IMG/VR virus record: IMGVR_UViG_3300033512_000421
Coordinates: 1-30,149 of that record
DNA from: a virus
Lineage: Duplodnaviria; Caudoviricetes
DNA: 30,149 bases
Reading direction: 5' to 3' (one strand)
The notes beneath the pieces were generated by a model. The model searched no databases. It saw nothing but the letters and a program-made list of their open reading frames with translations, and was not told the origin of the DNA. A program made the translations under genes and the position numbers. Shown in pieces: positions 17,113 through 26,405 of the stretch. Position 1 is the stretch's first letter. Each line of letters opens with the position of its first letter.

Positions 17113-17463
17113 TTATGGATTTTTAGCATCCTTCAAATACTTCTTAAGCACCTTTACCCGCGCGGTGTTGAAATCAATTGCACAGCTTGCGCTTTCATCC
17201 ATGTTGCTCACGGCATAAATATAATCGCAAGTAGAATCCCTAAATTTTGCCCAGTCGTCTTGTGCTTTTTTTAATGCGTCAACCGCTTCTTTATTGTCAC
17301 CCAATCCTTTAAGCAACGCATTGAAAGCAGGTTTAATTGGGGCGGCACTTTCTTCAATTAAGCAGCCTCTAACCATTCCCATATTGTCAGCCCCTTCTTC
17401 ACAATTTTTAGCTGTTGCCGACAAACTCATTGCCAATAACACGGTACACAAAAACAATTTCAT
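17113..17463 (-). CDS. Secreted lysozyme inhibitor LprI/DUF1311-family protein
   Basis: Signal peptide MKLFLCTVLLAMSLSATA, then C...M..C and LKKAQDDWAKFRDSTC...C......R...L. GGAG RBS before ATG 17463, so the start is revised from 17580. Confidence 0.8.
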   Translation of the reverse strand: MKLFLCTVLLAMSLSATAKNCEEGADNMGMVRGCLIEESAAPIKPAFNALLKGLGDNKEAVDALKKAQDDWAKFRDSTCDYIYAVSNMDESASCAIDFNTARVKVLKKYLKDAKNP

Positions 17464-17485
17464 TCTTATCTCCATAAAGTTAAAG

Positions 17486-20400
17486 TTAGGGAGATGATAA
17501 CCCACCTGTCGCAATATGTGCCAGTTTTCTGTCAGGCAAATCCTGCCCGATTTCTTGCCTGATAATTGGCTGGGGCGCACTGCGTGAGCTACTGGCTAAT
17601 GGTACGGTAATCGCGGGGGCATCTTGAATAGGCTGTGGTTTTGCAGCAATAAACGACACTGACGGCATGGCGGGGGTAACGTTTTGCGTGGGCAAAACAG
17701 GCTTTGCGGTGGCTTGCTCGACTTGTTTAGGGGTGGCTACTGGCTTTGTGGCGGGGTCAGCGTTTTTAGCCAACGGTGGCGGTACGTTTTCAGCCTTGCC
17801 ATTGCGCACGTTTGCATACGGGTCAACGGCATACATCATTTTCTTGCTGCGTTTTGCTAACCACTCCCCTGCATCGGTGGTATGAACGCCTTTTTTGCTG
17901 CTTGATTCAGATATTTGCATCGCCCCTGTTGTAGGGTCTTTAACGACTTGCGTAATGTGGTCTATCCCTTTGTAACGCCCCTCACCGCTTTTTGCGCCAC
18001 CTTGCGCATAGTCAATGCCGATTAACATTCCCTCTTTCAAGTTTTGCAAATTAACATCTTTGCCGCTTAATTCCTTGCCTGTTAATTTACCCACTTCTTC
18101 AATAATACCCGCGCCCCCTGCTTCATTAGCCCCTTTTTCCATTGCATTTAAAGCGGGTTTCATTAGTTTTGGGTCGGTCATTTGTGAGGCAATGCCGCGA
18201 TTAAGCTCCATAATCCAGCCAGAGCAGTCGATTGAACCGCTGGATGAGTTTTTCGAGCCGTAATTATATTTAACCCCTTTGTTTATCGCTTGCTGTGTTC
18301 CTTGTACTAAGTTGTTGTTAATATTGGTCATCAAAGGAGATACTGCTTTTGCTGTATCAACAGGCTGGGCGGGTTTTACGCTGGCACTGGCGGTTTTTGG
18401 GGTAGTCGCTGCTACCTCGGCGGTGGCTTGTTTTTGTTTATTTGTACCGCCACTAATATCATTTGCAAATCCTTGACTACCAGCCATTGCGCTACCCATA
18501 TTGGCATAGGCTTCTGATAAAGAAATATTGCCATTCTTGTATAAACTACCGTTCCCCTTTATCACTCTCCCTGACAAAACACTGCTAACAGGCGCGTTAG
18601 GATTAGCTTTTAGTGCTTTTAAAAATTTAGGCCCATCGCCTTCGCCTAAATTGTGCATAGCATAAACATTGGCGGCATCATCAGTACCGCCATATTTACG
18701 CCCCTTTTCTAAGTTTTCTTTTGTGAACTCTGCCAGCATATTAGCTTGCACTTGTTTGTCATGGCGATATTTTCTAGGGTCGCTTGTATCTAACCCATAT
18801 TTTTTACCATATTTTTTAATAGAAGAATCCCAAGTTCCATCTAAAAACTGCCCATAGCCATGTGCGGAACTTAACTTTTTGCCACTTTTCGTAATTGGCA
18901 TCGCCTCAGAATTAAATCCACTCTCAAAACCTGCTATTTTTGCCAACACAGCAGGGTCAACACCCGCTTTATTTGCCGCATCTGCTATCAATGGTTTTGC
19001 TTCCTGCCATCTTGATTGAAACTTTTTATCCCCCCATTTCTTTTTAGCCGTGCTTGATAATGACTCATTTCCAGTCACATAGTTTTTCGCTTTCTCATAC
19101 CCGCCAGAAACAGCATCCTTTGCTGCCCCTGCCGCATTAACCGTCCCTTCAATGCCATCAGTAACAGCATTGACCGCGCTGTCATGCGCTCCCGTTACTG
19201 TATTGACCGTGTTTTCAATGCCATTAGTCGTAGAATTTACCGCGCTTTCGTGAGCATCCTTAACCGCGCCCACCGCATTTGCTACAGGTTCTATGACTTT
19301 TTTACTCACAAATTCAACAACCTTGTCCCAAATCTTAGTAATCGAATCAATAAACGAGTCCCATTTTTTGCCAATGGCATCAAAAATAGGTTGAATGCCT
19401 TTTAAAGCCCCGTCCCAAATTTCACCTATCCATGTTGTAAACCCCGTCCAGATGTCACTAATTTGCTGAGTAAGCCAATCCCAACTGGCGGTTAAAGCGG
19501 GGGCAATGGTTTCATTAAAAAACCTTACCCCAAAATCCCATGTTGCAATCACCGCAGGAATCACATAGTCATTAAAGGCTTTAACTGACCATTGCCATGC
19601 CGCCATTAAATTAGGGCCTAAGTTTGCAAAAAACTCCCTGCCTGTTTTTGAAAACACTCCCCATGCAAGTAAACCCGCCGCACCTATCCCTAACGCAATC
19701 GGGGAAAAAATCAAACCCAAAAGACCTAATAACCCACCGCCCATAAGCCCCGCTAACAGGCTAAAGAAGCCCCCACCGCCGCCATCACTGTTTTCTTCCC
19801 CTGTATTTTCCTCAGTTTTCTTAAGCGACTTAAGAATCTTGCCAAACCAGGCAAAATAAGGCTTGTCTTTTTTATCCTCACCATTGCCGCCGAATAAGAA
19901 CTGATAACCGCGTGATAACGGCTCGGCAACTTCTTGAAACGCCTTGACAGCAGGGTCAGCCTCTTCTAAACCGCCCGTTCCAAAAGCCAGCACACCTGAT
20001 ATTTTATCGCCCAAGTTATCAATAGCACTGCCCACAAAAGACTTTTCTGCCTCTTTATCATCACTACCACTACTTTCAAATTGTCCTCTGGCGTTGCGTC
20101 TTCTGCCCGTAGGTTCGACTGTTTCTTGGGTGTTGCCACCACTGATAAACCGCCCATTCGCATCACGTTGTCGTGTCGGTGGCTCAGATGAATCGGATTC
20201 AGCGGCAGGAATAACCGTTGTTTGCCGCTCTACTAACTGCTCTGATAACAAGCTTGCCGTTGAGTCAGCGCGGGTTGATTGTAATTCGGTATGGCTTGCT
20301 TGCGGTTCAACTACAGTTTGCAATGCAGGTAATGGCGCGGTATTGCGGCTTGTTTGTTGCGGCTCAACTGTTTGTCTTTGTGAACCGCCTGCATTGTTTG

Positions 20401-20668
20401 TAATACGGTTGTTTGTTGTACGGGGATGATTTGAAACAGAGGAAATTGAAGGCGGTAATGCGGGTGCAGACGCTAAAGGCAAAGACAATGCCGCGCTGTT
20501 TTCCAGTGCGTTAGGAATGGACGGCGCGGCTTGGTTATCCATATTTTGTAAAAGCTGCTTGATTGCTGCGACATCTTTGCGAATAGAGTCTAGTCCTTTG
20601 GTTAGTCGCTTAAGCTCAGGAATAGTTTCCCCGACTAAAAAGCCATTTGCATCATGTTTTAATGCCAT
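17486..20668 (-). CDS. Tape measure protein with lytic transglycosylase and NlpC/P60 domains (functional analogue of P1 Sit)
   Basis: Trp-periodic helical repeats and a hydrophobic segment. SLT motifs IAGFESGFN...SSAHGYGQFLDGTW...YAMHNLG. NlpC/P60 motifs YNYG...IDCSGWI...DHI. Confidence 0.85.
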   Translation of the reverse strand: MALKHDANGFLVGETIPELKRLTKGLDSIRKDVAAIKQLLQNMDNQAAPSIPNALENSAALSLPLASAPALPPSISSVSNHPRTTNNRITNNAGGSQRQTVEPQQTSRNTAPLPALQTVVEPQASHTELQSTRADSTASLLSEQLVERQTTVIPAAESDSSEPPTRQRDANGRFISGGNTQETVEPTGRRRNARGQFESSGSDDKEAEKSFVGSAIDNLGDKISGVLAFGTGGLEEADPAVKAFQEVAEPLSRGYQFLFGGNGEDKKDKPYFAWFGKILKSLKKTEENTGEENSDGGGGGFFSLLAGLMGGGLLGLLGLIFSPIALGIGAAGLLAWGVFSKTGREFFANLGPNLMAAWQWSVKAFNDYVIPAVIATWDFGVRFFNETIAPALTASWDWLTQQISDIWTGFTTWIGEIWDGALKGIQPIFDAIGKKWDSFIDSITKIWDKVVEFVSKKVIEPVANAVGAVKDAHESAVNSTTNGIENTVNTVTGAHDSAVNAVTDGIEGTVNAAGAAKDAVSGGYEKAKNYVTGNESLSSTAKKKWGDKKFQSRWQEAKPLIADAANKAGVDPAVLAKIAGFESGFNSEAMPITKSGKKLSSAHGYGQFLDGTWDSSIKKYGKKYGLDTSDPRKYRHDKQVQANMLAEFTKENLEKGRKYGGTDDAANVYAMHNLGEGDGPKFLKALKANPNAPVSSVLSGRVIKGNGSLYKNGNISLSEAYANMGSAMAGSQGFANDISGGTNKQKQATAEVAATTPKTASASVKPAQPVDTAKAVSPLMTNINNNLVQGTQQAINKGVKYNYGSKNSSSGSIDCSGWIMELNRGIASQMTDPKLMKPALNAMEKGANEAGGAGIIEEVGKLTGKELSGKDVNLQNLKEGMLIGIDYAQGGAKSGEGRYKGIDHITQVVKDPTTGAMQISESSSKKGVHTTDAGEWLAKRSKKMMYAVDPYANVRNGKAENVPPPLAKNADPATKPVATPKQVEQATAKPVLPTQNVTPAMPSVSFIAAKPQPIQDAPAITVPLASSSRSAPQPIIRQEIGQDLPDRKLAHIATGGLSSP

Positions 20669-20672
20669 TTTC

Positions 20673-21650
20673 TTACCTCTGTAACTCTATAAATGCCCTG
20701 ATAAATTCAGCCGCAACTTGCGGCACGATGGCATTGCCATAGCCTTTCAACCGCATTACCCGCGCTTCTTGCGTTTCGTTGGGATTTGTCGGTGCGCTAC
20801 TATCGCTGCTGTACACCATTCCTTTGGGTAGCCCATTAACCAGCGGCTTAATGCTGGGTTCAATTGCCCTGTACTTACCGTCTCGGCAGTATAGCCAGTC
20901 TGGGTTATCCCATTCACAGGTACTTGGTCTTTTAAATTGGCGCAGCCACCCTGTGAACTTGAAAGGGCTTGGTCTGAGCGAATTGGTAGATTGTCCATTG
21001 CGTTGGGCGTTCCCCAGCCTGTCATTGTTGTTGCAATAACCGATAATTCGATGGATTTTCCAATTTTTATCCTGCGCTGAATACAAGGGTCTGTCCATTT
21101 CCCTCTGTCTCTGTTGTCGCTGGATATTGGCGTTGGAAAACCTGTTTTTGGCAACCCAATACAATCTTTGTCTTTGATGGAATGAGTTGACGCTGTGTGC
21201 GCCCAATACACAGTACCCAACGGCGTAGTTTTCTGCTTCCATTGCTGCCTGTAAATCATCGAGCCATCCGTGCCTAATCGCTGCTTCAACTTGTTCACCA
21301 AAGAGAGTGTCAGGTCGGCACTGCTTAACAAGTTCAAGGAAGTGGGGCAATAAGTGCCTTTCGTCTGCTTTGCCTTGCTGTTTTCCTGCGGTGCTAAAGG
21401 GCTGACAAGGCAAGCTGACTGTCCAGACGGGTTTATCATCTTGCCAGTTTGCAAGCCTGAGTGACCTTGACCAACCACCAATACCCGCGAAGAAGTGGTG
21501 TTGGGTAAATCCATAAAGGTCGCTTGCTTGTACGTTAATGATTGAGCGTTCATCTACTATTCCATTGGCTATCAGGCCTTGTTTGATTAATTCGCGTAGC
21601 CATGCGGCGGCGTTGGGGTCAAATTCGTTGTAATAAGCGGTCATCATCAA
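20673..21650 (-). CDS. DNA (cytosine-5) methyltransferase, alpha-type polypeptide
   Basis: FFAGIGGW (motif I), LPCQPFS (IV), GEQV (VI), HQRQRLYWV (VIII) and LKGYGNAIVPQVA (X). Motif IX is absent in this frame. Confidence 0.9.
   Translation of the reverse strand: MMMTAYYNEFDPNAAAWLRELIKQGLIANGIVDERSIINVQASDLYGFTQHHFFAGIGGWSRSLRLANWQDDKPVWTVSLPCQPFSTAGKQQGKADERHLLPHFLELVKQCRPDTLFGEQVEAAIRHGWLDDLQAAMEAENYAVGYCVLGAHSVNSFHQRQRLYWVAKNRFSNANIQRQQRQREMDRPLYSAQDKNWKIHRIIGYCNNNDRLGNAQRNGQSTNSLRPSPFKFTGWLRQFKRPSTCEWDNPDWLYCRDGKYRAIEPSIKPLVNGLPKGMVYSSDSSAPTNPNETQEARVMRLKGYGNAIVPQVAAEFIRAFIELQR
20756..21553 (-). CDS. Overprinted alternative-frame ORF: putative beta polypeptide of the C5 methyltransferase
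   Basis: 265 open codons inside the MTase gene, with repeats GFPTP/GWGTP and motif IX-like GQLNPALSRWLMGYPKEW. Start uncertain. Confidence 0.7.
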   Translation of the reverse strand: MNAQSLTYKQATFMDLPNTTSSRVLVVGQGHSGLQTGKMINPSGQSACLVSPLAPQENSKAKQTKGTYCPTSLNLLSSADLTLSLVNKLKQRLGTDGSMIYRQQWKQKTTPLGTVYWAHTASTHSIKDKDCIGLPKTGFPTPISSDNRDRGKWTDPCIQRRIKIGKSIELSVIATTMTGWGTPNAMDNLPIRSDQALSSSQGGCANLKDQVPVNGITQTGYTAETVSTGQLNPALSRWLMGYPKEWCTAAIVAHRQIPTKRKKRG

Positions 21651-22498
21651 CTCATAAACGTATCTAATTGCACAAATGACATCGTGACTTCGCTTAATGC
21701 CTGTTCACTGCGTGATAAGCTTAAAGACATATTGCCAGTTCGATATTTGCCCACACTTTTATAGCCATTACCCTTGATAACGCCATGAATTACGGTGATT
21801 TTAATGGCATATTGCGCGGGTAATCCCACCGTGCCATCAGCACTGGCACAAGCACTACCGTGTTTTTCAAACCACGTTTTAATAAACCCCGCTGAATTGT
21901 CTAGGGTGGTTAGGGTTAATTCAATAGGGTCTGCTGAATTGACTAAATCAACATGAGCTGCGCCAATTTGTTTTTTTTCACCGCTAATTGTGATGGGCGA
22001 AAAGTCAATGTTATAAGCGAACATATTGAATTTTTCTGATTGGTCGCCGCCCAACTCACTTTCGACTTGCAACATCCACAGGTTTTTGCGACACCATGAG
22101 TTACCACGTTGTTTGTTATAAATTTCAAGTGCTGCTTGTGGGCTTATCCCACCCAGCATAGAGGTCGAAGTATTGAAATAAGCCGCGTTGCCACTGCCTC
22201 CACCGATACCAAACGCATCCGCGATTTTAAACCCCGCGCCGATGGCATCAATAAAATTACCGTTTTGAATGGAGTCTAGCATTCCACCTGCGGTATCCAG
22301 CAAGCCCGTGTATTTATTAACCGCGTTTGTAATGCTTGATGGGATATAACGCTCTGCAATTTGTGCGACATTGCTTACCAGCGGATTATTTAAAACATCC
22401 CCCATCGCGTCACCGACCACACTGCCTAACGCATCACCTAACATTCCACCAAACCCCGATGACTTTAGGCTTTTTTGGATATTGTTAAACAAACTCAT
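21647..22498 (-). CDS. Tube-fold baseplate/tail protein with a Gly-rich N-terminus
   Basis: C-terminal ELTLTTLD..G.IKTWF.......DGTVGLP..Y...ITV...EVTMSFVQ fits tail-tube-like folds. Confidence 0.6.
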   Translation of the reverse strand: MSLFNNIQKSLKSSGFGGMLGDALGSVVGDAMGDVLNNPLVSNVAQIAERYIPSSITNAVNKYTGLLDTAGGMLDSIQNGNFIDAIGAGFKIADAFGIGGGSGNAAYFNTSTSMLGGISPQAALEIYNKQRGNSWCRKNLWMLQVESELGGDQSEKFNMFAYNIDFSPITISGEKKQIGAAHVDLVNSADPIELTLTTLDNSAGFIKTWFEKHGSACASADGTVGLPAQYAIKITVIHGVIKGNGYKSVGKYRTGNMSLSLSRSEQALSEVTMSFVQLDTFMS

Positions 22499-22690
22499 TT
22501 AACATTCCTCTGGGTAAAAAGGTTCAATTTCTGCTTGAGTAAAAACCTGTTGCGTTCCATCATCTAAAGCGCACAAATAACCTTTTTTTACTTTCCTGAT
22601 AATAATTACTTTTCCACGACTGTGATAAAAACTATTTTTATCACAAACATAAACACGTCTACCGCTGTAATACTCACTTGATGATGTCAT
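22499..22690 (-). CDS. Small hypothetical protein (SH3-like)
   Basis: ATGA overlap with the portal stop codon and abuts the next gene. Confidence 0.5.
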   Translation of the reverse strand: MTSSSEYYSGRRVYVCDKNSFYHSRGKVIIIRKVKKGYLCALDDGTQQVFTQAEIEPFYPEEC

Positions 22691-24198
22691 TCCTCATCTC
22701 CTCCGCCATCGACTGGGGGCTTTACATCCACCATTTTTGCGTACAAAGCCGCCTCCTCCTCTTCAAGCATCATTTGCTTAGATAAAAACATGGTCATTTG
22801 TTCTTTATCCCAGCCTAAATCTTTTGCCATTTGCATCGCCTGAATCAGCAACATACCGCCATTCATTGTGTCGGCTTTAATCTTGCTTTGTTCGGCATCA
22901 AAGGCAGAAATAGAACTGTAAAAATTGACATTGACTGAACGCTGTTTTTTTGGAAAAACGATTCCGTATTTTAAAAACGTGTGAACATCAATAAGGGATT
23001 GATAAAAATCATGTGCCGATTGGCGGATAATGCGTGACTTTTCGGCGACTTGGGCTGAGGTGCGTGAAATACCACCATCGCCAAAAATAGCACTCATTTG
23101 GTCGGCAAACCCTAGATTTGATAAATCCGCTCCTAATCCCCCCGCAACTAGCCGTGCGTGTAATAACACGTCTTCAACGTTAATGGTGGCACTACGCGAA
23201 GAGCTTAACGGCGTGATGTTGGCAATTTGTTTTTCGCCATTGATGGGAAAAATATGCCGAATCAACCCTAAAATGGGACTGCCGTTAGTCAGCGCGTCAT
23301 CAACGACTTTCTTGGTTTTTGTCAGCATTTGCACAACAGATTCCAAAGAACGCTTTTGCTGTTCTTTAGTCATGTTTTCCATATTCAACGTCCAGTAAGC
23401 CTCATCCAGTGAGTCACGAATGCGCTGCCCTGTAATACCTGATAAAGCTGCTACTAAGTTTTCCCAGTCTTTTTCGACAGGGTACAAAAAAGAGCCACCA
23501 ACCATACTGGGCATAATGGGCTGTTTTGCTAAGTCGTTTTCGGTGATTGCTATTCGCATCGACTTCTGCACAATAGACGGCTGAGGTGTCCATTGAGTGC
23601 GGTGCATTTTAAACCGCCCTAATTGCGTTACATCTAGCCTATCATAGATGTTTCTACCCGAATAAACCTGATAACCCACCGTGCGCCCCGCTTTTTCATA
23701 CGGTTGCACTAAGGCAGGTAAAAATAATTCGTCAGTGGTTAAGTCAATAATGCCCTGTTTATCGGCTGAAAAAATCCTAACGTAAGAATCCCCTTGTTCT
23801 GCCGCTGTATAGCTGCTTGTATAAGCCACTTTATTGAAAAGTTCGGTTAAATCATCCGCTATTTCTTCGGCTATTTTGGCTAATTTTGGGTCTTTTTGCG
23901 CGGCGGCTGATTTTTCTAAATAAACCATTTGCCCTGTTTGCGGATCGCCTCCCAATGCAGCGGTACACAACACTTTAAGCCCCGAAGAAATAATGGAAGT
24001 CGCCCCCATTGTTTGCCATTTTTCATAAATGATTTCGCGTTGCCGCGCGGCTTTGCCTCCTGTTCCCAGCAATGTAGAAACTGTTGTTGAGCCTAACCCG
24101 TATTCATAGCCTAAAGTCGGTGTTATTTGCTCTGCGGGGGCTATATTGGCTTCGCGCCATGTTTTCTGCGAGACTCCGAGTTGTTTGAAAAATGACAT
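22687..24198 (-). CDS. Portal protein (P1 Prt/T4 gp20-like)
   Basis: 503 aa with R..IYEKWQTM, GDSYVRI, GGSFLYPV..W..L, IEDV-like NVEDV and LG.D.S.LGF. First gene after a late promoter. Confidence 0.8.
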   Translation of the reverse strand: MSFFKQLGVSQKTWREANIAPAEQITPTLGYEYGLGSTTVSTLLGTGGKAARQREIIYEKWQTMGATSIISSGLKVLCTAALGGDPQTGQMVYLEKSAAAQKDPKLAKIAEEIADDLTELFNKVAYTSSYTAAEQGDSYVRIFSADKQGIIDLTTDELFLPALVQPYEKAGRTVGYQVYSGRNIYDRLDVTQLGRFKMHRTQWTPQPSIVQKSMRIAITENDLAKQPIMPSMVGGSFLYPVEKDWENLVAALSGITGQRIRDSLDEAYWTLNMENMTKEQQKRSLESVVQMLTKTKKVVDDALTNGSPILGLIRHIFPINGEKQIANITPLSSSRSATINVEDVLLHARLVAGGLGADLSNLGFADQMSAIFGDGGISRTSAQVAEKSRIIRQSAHDFYQSLIDVHTFLKYGIVFPKKQRSVNVNFYSSISAFDAEQSKIKADTMNGGMLLIQAMQMAKDLGWDKEQMTMFLSKQMMLEEEEAALYAKMVDVKPPVDGGGDEE

Positions 24199-24232
24199 AG
24201 GTACAGGGCATAAAGTGGGTATATTGCCTTGT

Positions 24233-24273
24233 ATTATCAGGTATTGCGATTAGGTCTTAGGTTGGTTTTTCCC
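24233..24273 (-). promoter_or_regulatory. Putative phage late promoter (GGAAAAACCAACC plus -10 GATAAT)
   Basis: 13-bp box identical to the one upstream of the capsid gene. The -10 begins 34 bp after the first G. Confidence 0.7.
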
Positions 24274-24275
24274 AA

Positions 24276-24307
24276 TAAAAAAGCCCGTTCCTTGCGGTTC
24301 GGGCTTT
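24276..24307 (-). terminator. Intrinsic terminator ending the accessory operon
   Basis: AAAGCCCG...CGGGCTTT stem with a T-run on the minus strand. Confidence 0.7.
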
Positions 24308-24326
24308 GTGTTTTGTTTACTTTGGA

Positions 24327-24611
24327 CTATAGACTATAGAACAATGACTCTCTTAGGTCTTTTACAGAGCAGTTATAGCCTCGCGCCTGTTCGTCATCAG
24401 TAAAGATAAGGTCACGGATTAACTCCCTGTCGAATGTATCACCATCAAAGGGCGCGTTGGGTTTATCAGCTTTGCGTTTATAGATGGCTTTTATCAGTTC
24501 TTCTTTGCTTACGGTTCGCATAGGGTACATTCCATTTTCGCCGTAGTAACTGTTAAAGTATTGTAAAAAAACATTAACATCGGTACAGTCAATTACGTTG
24601 TTTTCGTTCAT
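24327..24611 (-). CDS. Hypothetical protein
   Basis: Coupled (TAATG) to the HTH gene, with a GGTG RBS. Confidence 0.65.
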   Translation of the reverse strand: MNENNVIDCTDVNVFLQYFNSYYGENGMYPMRTVSKEELIKAIYKRKADKPNAPFDGDTFDRELIRDLIFTDDEQARGYNCSVKDLRESLFYSL

Positions 24612-25042
24612 TATTCACCACCTGATTTTAATAATTTTCCATAATAAACACTTTTTCCAGTTAAGCTGTCTATTACATTCCATCCTACAGGATTGCGCTC
24701 TACAAGCATATCTGCTGCCATTTTTGCTTTTTCTAAATCTTCATATTCCAATGGCATATAAAGAGATGATAATCCGCAATAGGCTCTGTTTTCATAAATC
24801 CTGCTGGATTTTATGATGTGGTATCTTGTATTTTTGTTTTCTGCCAACCATTCAAGGCAAAACTGCACGATGTAAGGACATTCAAGCACATTATTTGCCG
24901 CTCGATTGGCAATATATTTGCGCAATGTACGCGGTTCTATGTCGAGTAAAACCGCTATTTTATGTTGCGACAAGCCTATTCTTTCAATTAAACCCCGTAA
25001 ATAAGCGGGGTCAGGGTTGTGATTTTTTGGGTCAAAGTTCAT
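24611..25042 (-). CDS. XRE-type HTH transcriptional regulator with an extra C-terminal domain
   Basis: HNPDPAYLRGLIERIGLSQHKIAVLLDIEPRTLRKY...PYIVQFCLE. Confidence 0.8.
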   Translation of the reverse strand: MNFDPKNHNPDPAYLRGLIERIGLSQHKIAVLLDIEPRTLRKYIANRAANNVLECPYIVQFCLEWLAENKNTRYHIIKSSRIYENRAYCGLSSLYMPLEYEDLEKAKMAADMLVERNPVGWNVIDSLTGKSVYYGKLLKSGGE

Positions 25043-25962
25043 TGTCTCTCCAGTTGCCGATAATTAATTATTTCACAATCCCCAGCTTCTATCATCCTTA
25101 GTATTAACTCATGTAAGAATCCATTGCTTGACTGGATTACAACTTTTCCAAAATCGTAATCTGAAAGTTCCTTTTGAGTTTCAACATGAAAACTAAAACC
25201 ATCACCCCATTTTTCTGCATCATCAATTCCTTTCTGCAAGTAGTTGATTGCACAAGCTTTTTGCGTATTCAAGGTAAGTTCGGCTTCATACTTAATTTCT
25301 TCTACAGGTTCGGCTTTAGCTATTGCTAATTTCGGTTTTTCCATTTTTAAAGACAGCTCTTTAATGACTGCTTGTGCAGTAGGGCTATATCCAAAATTTT
25401 CTTTAAAATCAGCGTGGATATATTCCTCTTCCCATTCAACAGACATTCTACCAACCACCGAGCTTGTTGAATTTTCAGCCATTTCATAGGCTTCATTTTT
25501 GGAAGTTGCGACACAATGGTAAATCCAAGACCGTTTTACATTTAAAAGATAAATGCGGATGCCAAAAGAATACAGGGTTGAATTTCCAATTGCATCGGCG
25601 TTTTGGATTTTCTCACTCTCATCTTTCAATCTTTTGCGATAAGAATAAGTCGTATGTTTTGTGTATTTTGCTTCACCAATAATCCAGTCAATAATTTCAT
25701 AATAACGGTCTTTTGTGACTAATGACTGACTAACAAAGTATCCATCATTAAAACCCTTCATAATCGCGTATTCAACAAACTTTTCTTCCAAAGAAGGATG
25801 TTCGTATTTTATCAGCCCTTTCATATCGTCAAAGTTTAACCGCTCCACTAACTTTTTAGACAACAAAGCGTCAGAAACTTTGTGATGTACTTTGTAGCCT
25901 TCTTTGCCTCTTAACAGCTCAATCATATCAAGAGCGTGTTGTTGTGGTTTTGTTAATGCCAT
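25039..25962 (-). CDS. Hypothetical accessory protein
   Basis: 307 aa, AT-rich, with a GAGG RBS and its own promoter. No family recognised. Confidence 0.7.
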   Translation of the reverse strand: MALTKPQQHALDMIELLRGKEGYKVHHKVSDALLSKKLVERLNFDDMKGLIKYEHPSLEEKFVEYAIMKGFNDGYFVSQSLVTKDRYYEIIDWIIGEAKYTKHTTYSYRKRLKDESEKIQNADAIGNSTLYSFGIRIYLLNVKRSWIYHCVATSKNEAYEMAENSTSSVVGRMSVEWEEEYIHADFKENFGYSPTAQAVIKELSLKMEKPKLAIAKAEPVEEIKYEAELTLNTQKACAINYLQKGIDDAEKWGDGFSFHVETQKELSDYDFGKVVIQSSNGFLHELILRMIEAGDCEIINYRQLERQ

Positions 25963-26036
25963 GATTGCATACCTCTTTTAATTTTGGGTGAGTCACCTAT
26001 CATCCTGTAGGCTTAAAAAGCGTTCCGTTGAGTTAA

Positions 26037-26065
26037 ATATTAGGACTTAAAGTCCTATATGTCAA
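26037..26065 (-). promoter_or_regulatory. Sigma70 promoter with a palindromic operator in the spacer
   Basis: TTGACA (26065-26060), 17-bp spacer, TAATAT (26042-26037). Palindrome TAGGACTT-A-AAGTCCTA at 26041-26057. Confidence 0.8.
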
Positions 26066-26098
26066 TATCAAGATACATTTTCCTTATCCCTTGACAAT

Positions 26099-26133
26099 AA
26101 AAAAGCCTTGAATCCCTACGGAATCAAGGCTTG
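26099..26133 (-). terminator. Intrinsic terminator for the upstream late operon
   Basis: AAGCCTTGA...TCAAGGCTT stem with a T-run on the minus strand. Confidence 0.75.
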
Positions 26134-26222
26134 CGGCATTTTTTAATATTTTATTTTTCTACCGCAACGACTGCGGATAGCGCATTGGTTTCCAGTCGTC
26201 TGGAAAAGCTCAACTAGACTAA

Positions 26223-26393
26223 ATGCAAATTGAACTCATCCGCCGTGAGTTGTGCCTGAATCAAGACCAGCTTGCGGAAGTTTTAGAGGTGAATAGGTCA
26301 ACGATTGCGAACATTGAAAAACGTAATAAAGTCAAAAAAACTCAAGAGTTGGCTATTAAGTTTTTGCAATATGAGCATAACAATTTAAAATAA
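26223..26393 (+). CDS. Small XRE/Cro-like HTH protein (56 aa, not in the ORF track)
   Basis: MQIELIRRELCLNQDQLAEVLEVNRSTIANIEKR... is a canonical HTH pattern. Confidence 0.8.
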   Translation: MQIELIRRELCLNQDQLAEVLEVNRSTIANIEKRNKVKKTQELAIKFLQYEHNNLK

Positions 26394-26405
26394 AAGGCAA
26401 TAAAT

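Noticed and set aside
17667-20429. Plus-strand ORFs antisense to the tape measure (and similar shadow ORFs at 524, 1682, 2368, 9556, 23030, 27234 and others)
   Set aside because: They are antisense shadows of well-supported genes, with no recognisable motifs.
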